Made by a program: the position numbers and the translations under genes
Shown: positions 30,745 to 40,650 of the stretch, piece after piece
Position numbering within the stretch: position 1 is the stretch's first letter
How the letters are laid out: each line of letters opens with the position of its first letter
Notes under the pieces: model-generated
The model's database searches: none
What the model saw: the letters and a program-made list of their open reading frames with translations, nothing else
Told to the model about the DNA's origin: nothing
NCBI GenBank assembly: GCA_964399035.1
Contig: CAYNPH010000048.1
Location: forward strand, 9,685 to 73,684
Reading direction: 5' to 3'
Length of the DNA stretch: 64,000 nucleotides
Source: an uncultured Desulfurococcaceae archaeon
GTDB taxonomy: Archaea > Thermoproteota > Thermoprotei_A > Sulfolobales > NBVN01

Positions 30745-32790
30745 ATGCCCAACCTCAAACTTAAGCCGGGTTACACATTAGTGATCGCAGAAAAACCTAG
30801 GGCAGCATCTAAGATAGCTACAGCCTTAGGACTCAGGAAGAAAGCAACGTTATCAGGCGTTCCGTTCTGGTATGGCTATTTTCAGGGAAGGTACTACGTG
30901 GTAGCATCATCAGCTGGCCATCTTTTCTCATTGAAGCCTGAGGGACGCGGATACCCTGTATTCGAGTATCGGTGGGTGCCAAGGTGGGAGGCAGAGAGAG
31001 GATCGTCATTTCTAAAGAAGTTCTACTCAGCACTTTCAAGGCTTTTCAAGAACGCCCGTGATTACGTTAATGCGTGCGACTATGATATAGAGGGCTCGGT
31101 GATAGGTTACCTAATAATTAAGCACTTCGGAAACACAACACATGCAAAGAGGGCGAAGTTCTCCTCCTTAACTAGGGAGGAGTTACTGACTGCATTTAGG
31201 AATCTCTCGTCACTAGATATTGACATGGTGGAAGCCGGGCTCTGTCGCCATGAGCTTGACTGGCTATGGGGAATAAACGTCAGCAGAGCACTTATGGACT
31301 TCTACAGGGCTATCTCAGGAAGATTCCTCATACTTAGTGCAGGAAGAGTTCAAACACCAACGCTGGTCGAGGTCCTCAACAGGTACGTGGAGAGGGAGAC
31401 ATTCGTGCCTGACATATCATTTAGCGTTTCAGTAACCGTAAAGATTAATGGTAAGAAGTACAAGCTAGAGAACCTTTTCCCAAGCCCCGTAACTAAAGCG
31501 AAAGCTAAGGAAATAGCTCTTAAGGTAAAGAACGCGAAACGCTTGAAAGTACAGAAAGTGGAAAAAACAGTAAGGAAATTAAACCCTCCCCCGCCCTTCA
31601 ACCTTCCCGACCTACAGATGGAGGCATCGAGGGTCTTCGGGATATCCCCTGCGGAAACATTGAGGATTGCTGAGAACCTGTACTTGGAATCCTTAATAAG
31701 TTACCCAAGGACCAATTCACAGAAACTTCCTCCAACACTAGATAACAGACGCATAATAAGGTCGCTGAGCAGGTTGCGAGGCTTGTCAGCATTCTGCGAG
31801 AAAATCCTGGCTAAAGATAAGTTAAAGCCTGTGCAAGGGAAGAGGGAGGATCCAGCTCATCCAGCAATATACCCTACAGGTTACCTACCCAGGAAGAAAC
31901 TGAGAATTAAGGAGTGGAACATCTACGAAATGATCGTAAGGAGGTACCTTGCTACATTCTATGATGTTGCCGAGGTCGCATCGATCCGTTACGTGTTTTC
32001 AGCCGAGTCGCTGGGCAACATGTCATTTGCCTTAACAGGGCAGAGAATAGTTAGGCCGGGATGGTTAAGCGTCTACAAGTACGTGAACGTAAAGGAATCC
32101 AGCGTCCCTGAATTAAAGGAAGGCGACCATGTCGAGGTGGAACGCGTAAGCGTCGTTCGGACATACTCAAAACCTCCTAGGCTATACACGAAGGCATCAC
32201 TATTGAGATGGATGGAGTCCGTGGGCATAGGGACGGAGGCTACGAGGGCTGAAATAATAGAGACCCTCTTTCAGAGGGGTTACCTGAAAACAACTAGTGC
32301 TGGAATAGTAGTTACGGAGCTAGGGATTAAGGTTGCCTTTATGTTACTTAAGTTATTCAAGGAATTGACGGAGGTTAACTTAACACGTGATTTTGAAGAG
32401 AAAATAGAGCGTGTCAGGAAAGGTGAGATAAGTAGGCAGAGAGTCGTGGACGATGCTAAGGAATTCCTGAAGCCTAGATTACTTAAAGTCAAAGAGATGA
32501 TAGCTTCGAATGATATGAGCGAGTTGAGGAAGCTTGCGGAAGAAGGGTATGATGTTAAATGTGTTGTCTGTGGGAAATATGGGCGTTACGTTGTGGGGGA
32601 TATTTCCCTGTGTGAGCTTCATTGGCGTGCGTACAGAAATTTAATGATGAAATACAGGATTTGGCGCGAGCGGGCTGGTTCAGATTTTAACGAGTATATA
32701 GCGTCGTTGAAGAAGCTTTCGTCCGTAGGCAGATTTTGTAAGGATGTAATAAAGTTACTTTCCGAGGATAGATTTAAGTCCCAAGGTTAG
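30745..32790 (+). CDS. topA: type IA DNA topoisomerase (archaeal TopA/Topo III)
   Basis: TOPRIM LVIAEKPRAA, catalytic-Tyr motif LISYPRTNSQ and a C-terminal Cys cluster. Confidence 0.9.
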   Translation: MPNLKLKPGYTLVIAEKPRAASKIATALGLRKKATLSGVPFWYGYFQGRYYVVASSAGHLFSLKPEGRGYPVFEYRWVPRWEAERGSSFLKKFYSALSRLFKNARDYVNACDYDIEGSVIGYLIIKHFGNTTHAKRAKFSSLTREELLTAFRNLSSLDIDMVEAGLCRHELDWLWGINVSRALMDFYRAISGRFLILSAGRVQTPTLVEVLNRYVERETFVPDISFSVSVTVKINGKKYKLENLFPSPVTKAKAKEIALKVKNAKRLKVQKVEKTVRKLNPPPPFNLPDLQMEASRVFGISPAETLRIAENLYLESLISYPRTNSQKLPPTLDNRRIIRSLSRLRGLSAFCEKILAKDKLKPVQGKREDPAHPAIYPTGYLPRKKLRIKEWNIYEMIVRRYLATFYDVAEVASIRYVFSAESLGNMSFALTGQRIVRPGWLSVYKYVNVKESSVPELKEGDHVEVERVSVVRTYSKPPRLYTKASLLRWMESVGIGTEATRAEIIETLFQRGYLKTTSAGIVVTELGIKVAFMLLKLFKELTEVNLTRDFEEKIERVRKGEISRQRVVDDAKEFLKPRLLKVKEMIASNDMSELRKLAEEGYDVKCVVCGKYGRYVVGDISLCELHWRAYRNLMMKYRIWRERAGSDFNEYIASLKKLSSVGRFCKDVIKLLSEDRFKSQG

Positions 32791-33180
32791 GTAACCCAGC
32801 ACAGGCACTTTAAATACGTCCCCTCCAATACCTGCGACCTTACCGAGTATCCAGCTGTATGGTATGTCCCCGTCAGGCAATGGGTTATTGTCGCCTTTTA
32901 TGAAATACATATATTCATTACCTACTTTATCTATCTTCAGTACTCTGTGTATGACTAACTCCCCACCAGGTCGTTTGTATACCACAACGTCACCAACATG
33001 GATGTCACTTGGCGATACCTTAACGACCAGTACTAAGTCGCCAGTTTGAAGTAGTGGTTCCATGGATTTACCTTCAACTACAGCAAACATTATGCTTCCA
33101 GTCAAGTTAAGGATAAGCATAACGAATATTAACGTAGCCACTATTATCTCGGCAATTAAACCTAAGTTCTTAGGTCTCAT
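32755..33180 (-). CDS. signal peptidase I (archaeal Sec11/S26B type)
   Basis: N-terminal TM segment, GKSMEPLLQTGDLVLV (catalytic Ser box) and GDNN motif. Confidence 0.8.
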   Translation of the reverse strand: MRPKNLGLIAEIIVATLIFVMLILNLTGSIMFAVVEGKSMEPLLQTGDLVLVVKVSPSDIHVGDVVVYKRPGGELVIHRVLKIDKVGNEYMYFIKGDNNPLPDGDIPYSWILGKVAGIGGDVFKVPVLGYLTLGLKSILGK

Positions 33181-33485
33181 TACATTCGCTCCTCTTCATA
33201 TATGTCAGAGAGATCAACCTCAATTACGGTTCCGCCAGTCCTTTCCTCAGTTTTCTCTTTTTTTCGTCTCTTACGTCTAGTCTTGCCCTTAACTACTTCA
33301 ACCTCGCCTTCAGGTCCTACCTTTAGTGTCGAGACCTTTCCACGCCATGAATAGCCACACTTAGGACATCTAAAAGAACCCATAACAGTGATTGTTATCC
33401 TTCCTTCAGCATCAGGTAATGGCGCTACGAGTTGCCATGTTCGCTCGGGTTGCACGTCTGTTCCGCAGCTGGGGCACTTGACCAC
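33180..33485 (-). CDS. zinc-ribbon protein with a basic tail
   Basis: CPSCG...CPKCG pair followed by KTRRKRRKKEK. Its stop overlaps the signal peptidase start by 1 nt. Confidence 0.5.
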   Translation of the reverse strand: MVKCPSCGTDVQPERTWQLVAPLPDAEGRITITVMGSFRCPKCGYSWRGKVSTLKVGPEGEVEVVKGKTRRKRRKKEKTEERTGGTVIEVDLSDIYEEERM

Positions 33486-33560
33486 GATATCACCACTACA
33501 TTTTCTTGACTGAGTTTTTAGAGTTTCCGCGTTATGCGGGGGTAACTTTAGGTTGTGTGG

Positions 33561-33608
33561 TCAGAACCCAGCCTCTAATCATCACTCATCGCTTTTAACC
33601 TTCATCAT
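33561..33608 (-). ncRNA. weak C/D box sRNA candidate
   Basis: On the minus strand: AUGAUGA, 12 nt, AUGA, GUGAUGA, 14 nt, CUGA. Box spacing is atypical because there is no D'-C' loop. Confidence 0.3.
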
Positions 33609-33693
33609 TCCTTTCTGGTAGTAGGGGATGGTAGGGTAAAAACCTTACGTCTTTTAAGTAAGGCGGGCTGGAAGCCTTAAGAGTGGTGGTGAT

Positions 33694-33933
33694 ATGGGCA
33701 TAGAGGTGCTTCAAAACTTGTGGTCCTCAATAGCCTCTGCTAACGTAAATGGTGTGGCTCAGTGGCTTGCAGTGATAGGTTTCGCGTTGATAATAATTGT
33801 TGCAGTGGGGTATGGGGTAGCAGGGTCTGTTAAATTAATTAAGATGATCTCATCAATGAGAATAAAGGAATTCTCATTATTGCTGCTGGCGTTGGGTTTC
33901 GCTTTGATAGGAATAGCCGTGGTTTTACCTTAA
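33694..33933 (+). CDS. small two-TM membrane protein
   Basis: 79-aa ORF with two clear hydrophobic helices. Confidence 0.4.
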   Translation: MGIEVLQNLWSSIASANVNGVAQWLAVIGFALIIIVAVGYGVAGSVKLIKMISSMRIKEFSLLLLALGFALIGIAVVLP

Positions 33934-35205
33934 AAACACTTTTTTACCTGCGAAGACAGCCTCGCCGCCTAGATAGTCCTCGATCCTAAGGAGTTCATTA
34001 TATTTTGCGGTTCTCTCTCCGCGTGCTGGCGCACCTGTCTTTATTAGACCTGTCTCATACGCGACCACTATGTGTGCTATTGTAGTATCTTCGCTCTCCC
34101 CTGATCTGTGACTTATCACGGCCTTACCTCCGGAACTCAGTAGGTACCTTATGGTGTCTTCGGCCTCAGTGAACGTACCTACCTGGTTAACTTTTATTAT
34201 TGCACCGTCGATGTACCCGCCAGCGAAGTACTTCTCGGCAAGATCCTTACGCGTCACTATGATGTCGTCTCCTATGATAATCACCTTCCCAGCAAGCTTC
34301 GTTCTTAACTCCTTGAACGGTTCGGGATCATCCTCAGCAAACGGATCCTCTAAGAGTACTAGTGGGTACTCGTCAACCAACGCAACATAATAATCGATTA
34401 ACTCAGTATTGCTTAGCTTCTTCCCATCTATTTCGTATGTTTGATCACCTCTGTAGAAGTGCGATGCCGCGGCATCCATGGCTAACAGTACTTCATTACC
34501 GGGAATGTATCCAGCCCTCCTAATTGCTTCTGAGAGCGCGTTCAGTGCGTCCCTAGTAAGCTCTAGCGGGGGTGCGAATCCGCCCTCATCTCCGACGTTA
34601 ATTGCGGAGGGACCGTACCTCTCCTTTAGATACGTTTTTAGTGACTTATAGACCTCAACGGCTATGCGTATAGCGTCGCTAAACGTATCCGCACCGGCCG
34701 GGACTATCATGAACTCCTGGATACTTAATTTATTGCCTGCATGGGCACCCCCATTAATAACGTTCATTAGAGGTACAGGCAGGGTTCTAGCCCTTCTTCC
34801 TCCTAGGAACTCGAAGAGCGGTATTCCAGCAGTATCGGCGGCCGCCTTTATGACCGCTAATGACGTTGCCACACATGCGTTGCCTCCAAGCCTCGATTTA
34901 TTGGGCGTCCCGTCAACCTCAATTATCTTGCGGTCAACCTCCCTAAAGTCAGAGGAATCCATTCCGAGGATCGCTGGTGCTATATACTTATTGATGGATT
35001 CAACGGCCTTAGAGACACCCATCCCTCCATAAGCTTTCCCACCGTCTCGTAGATCCACGGCCTCAAGCTTACCTTTAGAAGCGCCAGCTGGTGCTATAGC
35101 CCTACCGTAACCTCCTCCCTCCGTAATCACGAGGGCCTCCACGGTGGGGTTGCCGCGGGAGTCAAGTACTTGTAGCCCTTTCACGTGCACGATGTCATAC
35201 TCCAT
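33925..35205 (-). CDS. eno: enolase
   Basis: SHRSGESEDTTIAH and IKVNQVGT motifs, 426 aa. Confidence 0.95.
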   Translation of the reverse strand: MEYDIVHVKGLQVLDSRGNPTVEALVITEGGGYGRAIAPAGASKGKLEAVDLRDGGKAYGGMGVSKAVESINKYIAPAILGMDSSDFREVDRKIIEVDGTPNKSRLGGNACVATSLAVIKAAADTAGIPLFEFLGGRRARTLPVPLMNVINGGAHAGNKLSIQEFMIVPAGADTFSDAIRIAVEVYKSLKTYLKERYGPSAINVGDEGGFAPPLELTRDALNALSEAIRRAGYIPGNEVLLAMDAAASHFYRGDQTYEIDGKKLSNTELIDYYVALVDEYPLVLLEDPFAEDDPEPFKELRTKLAGKVIIIGDDIIVTRKDLAEKYFAGGYIDGAIIKVNQVGTFTEAEDTIRYLLSSGGKAVISHRSGESEDTTIAHIVVAYETGLIKTGAPARGERTAKYNELLRIEDYLGGEAVFAGKKVFLR

Positions 35206-35362
35206 TTACTTTCACCGTTGTTTAGGTGTTGGCTTAGTTATTAATTCTGCTTCATTATACTGCTTCAAGCTTCTGCTCTCGACTGGTAAGGGATTACGTC
35301 TTGTTGAGTTGTAGGCTTTTTAAGCATAACATAGACTGAGACCTTAAACGTGGTGTGGAGTA

Positions 35363-36070
35363 ATGGTCGTCACTATTGATCAGATTGAAAAGTTCATGGG
35401 TCAAAACGTAAAAGATGAGTACGGCAGGATTATGGGTAAGATTCTCACGGCATTTACTGATGTGTCAGGCAATGTTGAATCCATTGAGATTGCCTTAAAT
35501 GATTTCAGCTTGGAGAGGATAAGCTCTGACAGGATTAAGCTTACTCCTGACGGAGTTATAGTTCTAGCTGAGTGGAAAGTTAAGGCAATAACCACGGAGA
35601 ACAAGCTTGATAGAGTGAGGAAGAGGATACGGGCTGTTGAGGAACTTTACAGGAAGGGAAGCATACCTGGCCACGCTTACGAGGAAATAAAGACGAAGCT
35701 AGAGGCTCAGTTCAAGAGCGTTAAGGATGAGGTTCGGAAGGTAAAGGATCTACTTAGGAAGAGAGCTAACGACCTAGAGGACCAGATAATCAGGCTGGAG
35801 AAGGACATATCGAACTTAATGGTACTCTACATGAGCAATGAAGTGAGTGAATCCGCATACAAGGCAGCCATAGACTACCTGAGGGACGCGAAAGCCCGGA
35901 ACGCAGAGGAGAAGAAAGACGTTGAGAAGCACTTGGATCTAATAACAAAGCTTGAGTCAGAGGCAACCAGTGCGCACAGGCCTGCGCCAATCCACACGCC
36001 CGTTAAGGAGTCCAGCGAGCCTGAGGTTCAGCATGAGGGACCGATACAGGTCCAGATAATCGAGGCATAA
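35363..36070 (+). CDS. cdvA: cell division protein CdvA
   Basis: An N-terminal PRC-barrel-like region is followed by a coiled coil. It is first in a cluster with ESCRT-III and Vps4 homologs. TATA-like TTTTTAAG at 35317-24. Confidence 0.8.
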   Translation: MVVTIDQIEKFMGQNVKDEYGRIMGKILTAFTDVSGNVESIEIALNDFSLERISSDRIKLTPDGVIVLAEWKVKAITTENKLDRVRKRIRAVEELYRKGSIPGHAYEEIKTKLEAQFKSVKDEVRKVKDLLRKRANDLEDQIIRLEKDISNLMVLYMSNEVSESAYKAAIDYLRDAKARNAEEKKDVEKHLDLITKLESEATSAHRPAPIHTPVKESSEPEVQHEGPIQVQIIEA

Positions 36071-36114
36071 ACAAACCACTAACAAAACCCAACAGGTGAG
36101 GGGAGGGTTGGAAG

Positions 36115-36984
36115 GTGAGTTTTACAATAGGTGAGAAAGGGGGCGGGCTGAGGAGGCTGCTCTTCCTTATTAGATGGGGAGCTAAGAGTAAGGGTGATGC
36201 CAGAAGCAAGAGGAACGTGATAGCGGGGCTTATCTCGAGCATCGAAATAGTAAAGACGGACCTGGAGGAGAGCATAACTAGGCTCAAGAAGAGACACGGT
36301 CACCTAGTGAAACAGGCAATATCGTCTATGTTAAGGAAGGAGAACGATAGGGCTCTCATATACGCTAACGAAGCAATACAGGTCCGACGCGTAGTAAAGA
36401 AACTCCTTGTAGCTGAGAAGGTACTAGAGCAGGTTAAGCTAAGGCTGGAGACTATAGAGAACATAAGTAACTTACCTGGGTCGATGGTTGAGGCAGTTAA
36501 TCTGCTCATGGCTGCTAAGGACTATGTGCAGGGAGTCATGCCAAGCATGGCGTACAGCTTAGAGAACCTAATTTCCAAAGCAAGAACTGTGGTAGCTGAA
36601 ACCACGGACGCCGTCGATATAAACGCTGAGGCAGCCATAGAGTACACTCCTGAGGCAAAGAAACTTCTAGAGGACATCGAGAGGATAGCGGAGGAGACCG
36701 TAAAGAATCAATTACCCGAAATCCCGTTAGGACTCATGACCCCAGGACAGAGTAAGGGTCTAGAAGTGCGAATTAAAGAGAACGCAATGAAGGTGAGTGC
36801 CGCACCAAAGATAAGCGTCAGGAAGCCAAGGCCTGACGAGATAGACAGGGCAGTACTGGAGTATATACTCACACACGGGGGCTTCGTCGATATTGGCGAC
36901 CTAGCGACTAAATTAGGGGTTGGGAAGCAGGACATAATGTCATCTCTCCACAGGCTAAAGGAACAGAATAAGATAACGTTCTAA
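36115..36984 (+). CDS. cdvB: CdvB (ESCRT-III/Snf7-like with a C-terminal winged helix)
   Basis: Helical Snf7-like core plus C-terminal wH (ILTHGGFVDIGDLATKLGVGKQDIMSSLHRLKE). It sits between cdvA and cdvC. Confidence 0.8.
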   Translation: MSFTIGEKGGGLRRLLFLIRWGAKSKGDARSKRNVIAGLISSIEIVKTDLEESITRLKKRHGHLVKQAISSMLRKENDRALIYANEAIQVRRVVKKLLVAEKVLEQVKLRLETIENISNLPGSMVEAVNLLMAAKDYVQGVMPSMAYSLENLISKARTVVAETTDAVDINAEAAIEYTPEAKKLLEDIERIAEETVKNQLPEIPLGLMTPGQSKGLEVRIKENAMKVSAAPKISVRKPRPDEIDRAVLEYILTHGGFVDIGDLATKLGVGKQDIMSSLHRLKEQNKITF

Positions 36985-37009
36985 ACGGCGGGCCTAAAGG
37001 GTGGGGGCA

Positions 37010-38158
37010 ATGAGCAGCAACGCATTGCCTTACTTAGAGGATATGGCCCGCCGTTACGCTATCCAAGCGGTAATGCATGATAGGGAGGGAAACTTCGGCG
37101 AGGCCGTCAAATACTACAAGAACGCTATAAGGGTATTAACGAAAATAATACAGCTATATCCCGACAATGGTTTAAATGCCATATACAAGGACTGGATAAG
37201 GCAGTACAAGAAGAGGATAAAAGATCTCGAAAGCTTGCGCACGACCCTAGTCCCGGCAGGAGGTCCCAAGCCACCAGGAAGTGATGAGGAAGACGTTAAT
37301 GAGTTAGTGCTTAAGGAGAAGCCTGAAGTCACGTTCAATGACATAGCTGACCTTGAGCATGCCAAGAAGGCGATAAGGGAGGCGATAATATTCCCAACAA
37401 AGAGACCAGATCTCTTCCCACCACAGCTCGGATGGCCTAGGGGGATACTGCTCTTTGGACCACCTGGTTGTGGTAAGACGTTACTGGCGGCTGCCGTGGC
37501 GAACGAGATAGACGGTGTATTCATGCAAATAGACGCAGCATCCATAATGTCGAAGTGGTTAGGTGAGGCTGAAGGTAAAGTAGCTAAGTTATTTAGGAAA
37601 GCTAGGGAGTTGTCGGCTCAAGGGAAGCCAGTCATAATATTCATAGACGAGGTAGATTCGCTCCTAGGAACCTTCAATACTGAGGTGGGTGGGGAAGTCA
37701 GGGTTAGGAATCAATTCCTACAGGAGATGGACGGACTGTTGAGTAAGTCAAAGAAGACGTTCATATATGTTATTGCGGCCACGAATAAGCCATGGAAACT
37801 TGATAAGGCCTTCATTAGGAGATTTCAAAGGAGAATATATGTTCCACCACCTAATAGAGAAGCTAGGGTTCAGCTACTGAGGTTACTCACCAAGAACATA
37901 AAACTAGCGCCTGACGTTGACTTTGAGCTACTAGCCGACATGCTGGAGGGGTACTCGGGGAGTGACATAAGAGACGTCGTCATGGCGGCACACCTCAGGG
38001 TAATAACGGAGTTGTTTGAGAAGAACGGAGGAGAGGGGGATCCAAGACCAGTAACGCTGGAGGACTTTAAAGTAGCTCTTGAGAGTATAAAGCCAAGTAT
38101 CAACAAGGATCTCATTAAGGTATATGAGGCATGGTATGAGAAGTTTAAGGCCGAGTGA
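37010..38158 (+). CDS. cdvC: CdvC (Vps4-type AAA+ ATPase with MIT domain)
   Basis: MIT-like N-terminus, Walker A GPPGCGKT and Walker B IIFIDEVD. The ORF opens at GTG 37001, with an ATG at 37010. Confidence 0.92.
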   Translation: MSSNALPYLEDMARRYAIQAVMHDREGNFGEAVKYYKNAIRVLTKIIQLYPDNGLNAIYKDWIRQYKKRIKDLESLRTTLVPAGGPKPPGSDEEDVNELVLKEKPEVTFNDIADLEHAKKAIREAIIFPTKRPDLFPPQLGWPRGILLFGPPGCGKTLLAAAVANEIDGVFMQIDAASIMSKWLGEAEGKVAKLFRKARELSAQGKPVIIFIDEVDSLLGTFNTEVGGEVRVRNQFLQEMDGLLSKSKKTFIYVIAATNKPWKLDKAFIRRFQRRIYVPPPNREARVQLLRLLTKNIKLAPDVDFELLADMLEGYSGSDIRDVVMAAHLRVITELFEKNGGEGDPRPVTLEDFKVALESIKPSINKDLIKVYEAWYEKFKAE

Positions 38159-38276
38159 GCCCCCACCTAAAATTTAATGAACGCCACACTCACCCCATGA
38201 GTGAGAAAGCTCGTTTTTCCCTGTTAAAATCGTTTTAAGGTGGGATGCCGGATCTAAGCTTACTCGTTGTTTCTTT

Positions 38277-38969
38277 TCAATACTTGGCATGTTTAAGTAT
38301 TCTGTCTAGTAGCTGATCCTCTGTCGGCGGACCTACGAACTCAACGGATCTATTTATGGCGACAGTAGGTACTGTCATTACATTATACATGTCGGCAATA
38401 TCAGGGTTCTCGTAAGCCTCTATGGTCTTACTTACTATGGATTTCTTGCCGCTACGATAGGATTCATATGCAAACATGTTCGACAGTAAAGATGCATATG
38501 GACAGTAGGGACATGTGGGAGTCACTACAACATCAATGATCATTTTCCTAGAAATTTTTGAGAGCATGGATTTCGTGCGCTCACTAAGACCGGAATCCCC
38601 TGTCCCTATTCTGATAATAGTTTCAATGAACCCCCTAACCTCTTCGCCCGCTGGCATACCCACGTATCTTATGTATCCGTCCAATAGTATCACTGTTGGC
38701 ACCCTATCTACGCCATATTTTGCGAAAATCTCTCTCTTATCTTTGCTATACCTAACTACTTCATGCTTTACTAGAGGTTCTCCACCCTTTCGGGGACTAG
38801 CTCTAACTACTAACTCAATTAAGTCAACAGTGTTACCACAATATCTACAGTTTTCAGCTATAAACGTTACTATCCTAACAGGGTTACGTATTTCACTAAG
38901 CACATTCTTTAGCTCCTCGATATCGGTCTCACTTAACGGTACCTCAAACATGCTGTCTATGTTATACAT
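38277..38969 (-). CDS. pdo: protein disulfide oxidoreductase (two thioredoxin folds)
   Basis: Two halves carry CRYC and CPYC active sites, in about 230 aa. Confidence 0.85.
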   Translation of the reverse strand: MYNIDSMFEVPLSETDIEELKNVLSEIRNPVRIVTFIAENCRYCGNTVDLIELVVRASPRKGGEPLVKHEVVRYSKDKREIFAKYGVDRVPTVILLDGYIRYVGMPAGEEVRGFIETIIRIGTGDSGLSERTKSMLSKISRKMIIDVVVTPTCPYCPYASLLSNMFAYESYRSGKKSIVSKTIEAYENPDIADMYNVMTVPTVAINRSVEFVGPPTEDQLLDRILKHAKY

Positions 38970-39066
38970 TCCTGTTCACCTTAAGGACTTATGTTTGCTG
39001 GAGTTATAAATATTAAGTTTAGACTAGTAAAAATTAATTAACAGTAATAGTGACTGTATGTTCAAG

Positions 39067-40047
39067 TTACGGCGATAAGGAAACTATGAAATTAGTAATC
39101 CTTGACCACCACCTCTCTATGGAGGTATCTACTACCATGTATGAGGCTCTGCTATTATAGTATGGAGGACCTAATCTACTAAAAAGAGTAACAACTCTAC
39201 CTCCGTGATTAAGCTTAAAGCCTCGATCTACCGCCTCATGTCCTCGAATGACAACATTAAACCTAAATGTGTGCAAGAACCACTCTGTGACGGGCTTGCC
39301 GAATAAGTACCCAACTCCTCGAGGAGATGGGATTCTGCTGTGGTTAGATTCTATGGGGTCATTCCAGAGGATCTCAGTCATGATCTTGAAATATTCACTA
39401 TGTGATTTGCCCATGAAATACTCTACTAAGCTAACCTCTTTTTTAAAGGTCTCCGTAGGCAAGCCCCCGTGAAGTGCCACGAAATTATTCCTAACTATAA
39501 ACACTAATGGAAGACTATCGAAAATTTCTAAGGATTTCTTGTAAACCTCTAAGCCTCTGATATACCCGTACCTAGACCGCAAAACGCTGGGGTAGTCATG
39601 TGGGTAAGGTTTTAGGTTCTCGGGTGGTTCGTGATTGCCTCTAAGCAAGATAACTGAGTCGGGAAACTCTCTCTTAAGCATTAGTACGGTCAGGAACGTC
39701 TCTACTTGATGATCTCCCCGATCTACGTAGTCCCCGAGGAAGACAAGTGTAAGTTCACCCTTAGCAAGTCTCTCGTGGGATGTTCTTGAGAGTATAATCC
39801 TTAACGTACTTAGATCCCCATGTAAGTCTCCGATAATTAAGAAAGGCGTGTTTGGTGGTGCTTCAACGATCCACCGACCGTTGCGGCTTTTTTGTTCAGC
39901 CTCAAGCGTTGTCAGCGCTTCCTCTAGGAGCTTCATAACGGAGTTATATTCCGTCGATATTTCTTCAGCCCTCCTGACGACCCAGTCAAGGTTTCTCAAG
40001 ACTATCGCCCTCCCGGGTGATGTGTTTTCTAAGCGTAAACAATACAT
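39067..40047 (-). CDS. PPP-family Ser/Thr protein phosphatase
   Basis: GDLHGD, GDYVDRG, RGNHE, HGG and RGHE motifs occur in order. Confidence 0.85.
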   Translation of the reverse strand: MYCLRLENTSPGRAIVLRNLDWVVRRAEEISTEYNSVMKLLEEALTTLEAEQKSRNGRWIVEAPPNTPFLIIGDLHGDLSTLRIILSRTSHERLAKGELTLVFLGDYVDRGDHQVETFLTVLMLKREFPDSVILLRGNHEPPENLKPYPHDYPSVLRSRYGYIRGLEVYKKSLEIFDSLPLVFIVRNNFVALHGGLPTETFKKEVSLVEYFMGKSHSEYFKIMTEILWNDPIESNHSRIPSPRGVGYLFGKPVTEWFLHTFRFNVVIRGHEAVDRGFKLNHGGRVVTLFSRLGPPYYNSRASYMVVDTSIERWWSRITNFIVSLSP

Positions 40048-40155
40048 GAATAATTAAAACGTTAGGCTTTTATTAATTCGGGATGAACCTCCGGATCCAA
40101 AAGATGAAGGAGGTTAGTTCACGTTAAGTACTAGCCAGGAGTGTGACGGAAAGGA

Positions 40156-40650
40156 ATGGGTAACTGGAGCTTAAGAAAAATGAGTTTGACAAAGTTCATG
40201 AACGTCATGGAGGGAGTGATTAGTAGTGACTCCCTAGCCACGATATTCGCTATGGCGGATGAGGAATGCACTAGAAGAATTGTGTTGCACTTCAAGGTCT
40301 CTGGGTGCGAGCCCTTGAACGAGGCTAGTTTACTTATAACGTACGTTCCATACGCAGACATTGTGGAGCCGTTGCGCTTGGAAATAAGGATTAACCCAGA
40401 TAAGGTATCGGCACGGGAATTCATGAGTAACCAATATAACGAGCTAGTAAGGCTGGGAGCGCAAGTAGCTATAGATAAGGATGGCGTATATGCTACATTC
40501 AAAGTGCAGGAAGGGGAAGACCTAGTAGGATTCATTCGTAGGACTCTGGATCTGGTTTGTGAGGTTTTTAACGATAAGAAAGGTAACAAAGAACCCAACC
40601 TAACTTATGATGGTTTCACGCTGGTGAGAGAATGGGTAAATTGTACTTAG
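40156..40650 (+). CDS. hypothetical protein
   Basis: 164-aa ORF with globular composition. It overlaps the dph5 start by 19 nt, and I prefer it to the antisense ORF 40131..40598. Confidence 0.45.
   Translation: MGNWSLRKMSLTKFMNVMEGVISSDSLATIFAMADEECTRRIVLHFKVSGCEPLNEASLLITYVPYADIVEPLRLEIRINPDKVSAREFMSNQYNELVRLGAQVAIDKDGVYATFKVQEGEDLVGFIRRTLDLVCEVFNDKKGNKEPNLTYDGFTLVREWVNCT

Noticed and set aside
40086-40115. The inverted repeat AACCTCC-N16-GGAGGTT in the divergent promoter region between the PPP phosphatase gene and ORF 40156.
   Set aside because: It is a single 7-bp stem with a large loop. There is no second copy or associated motif, so this is not enough to call a regulatory element.
40131-40598. 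The 155-aa minus-strand ORF.
   Set aside because: It competes with the plus-strand ORF 40156..40650. The plus-strand ORF has more protein-like composition and overlaps the dph5 start by 19 nt.
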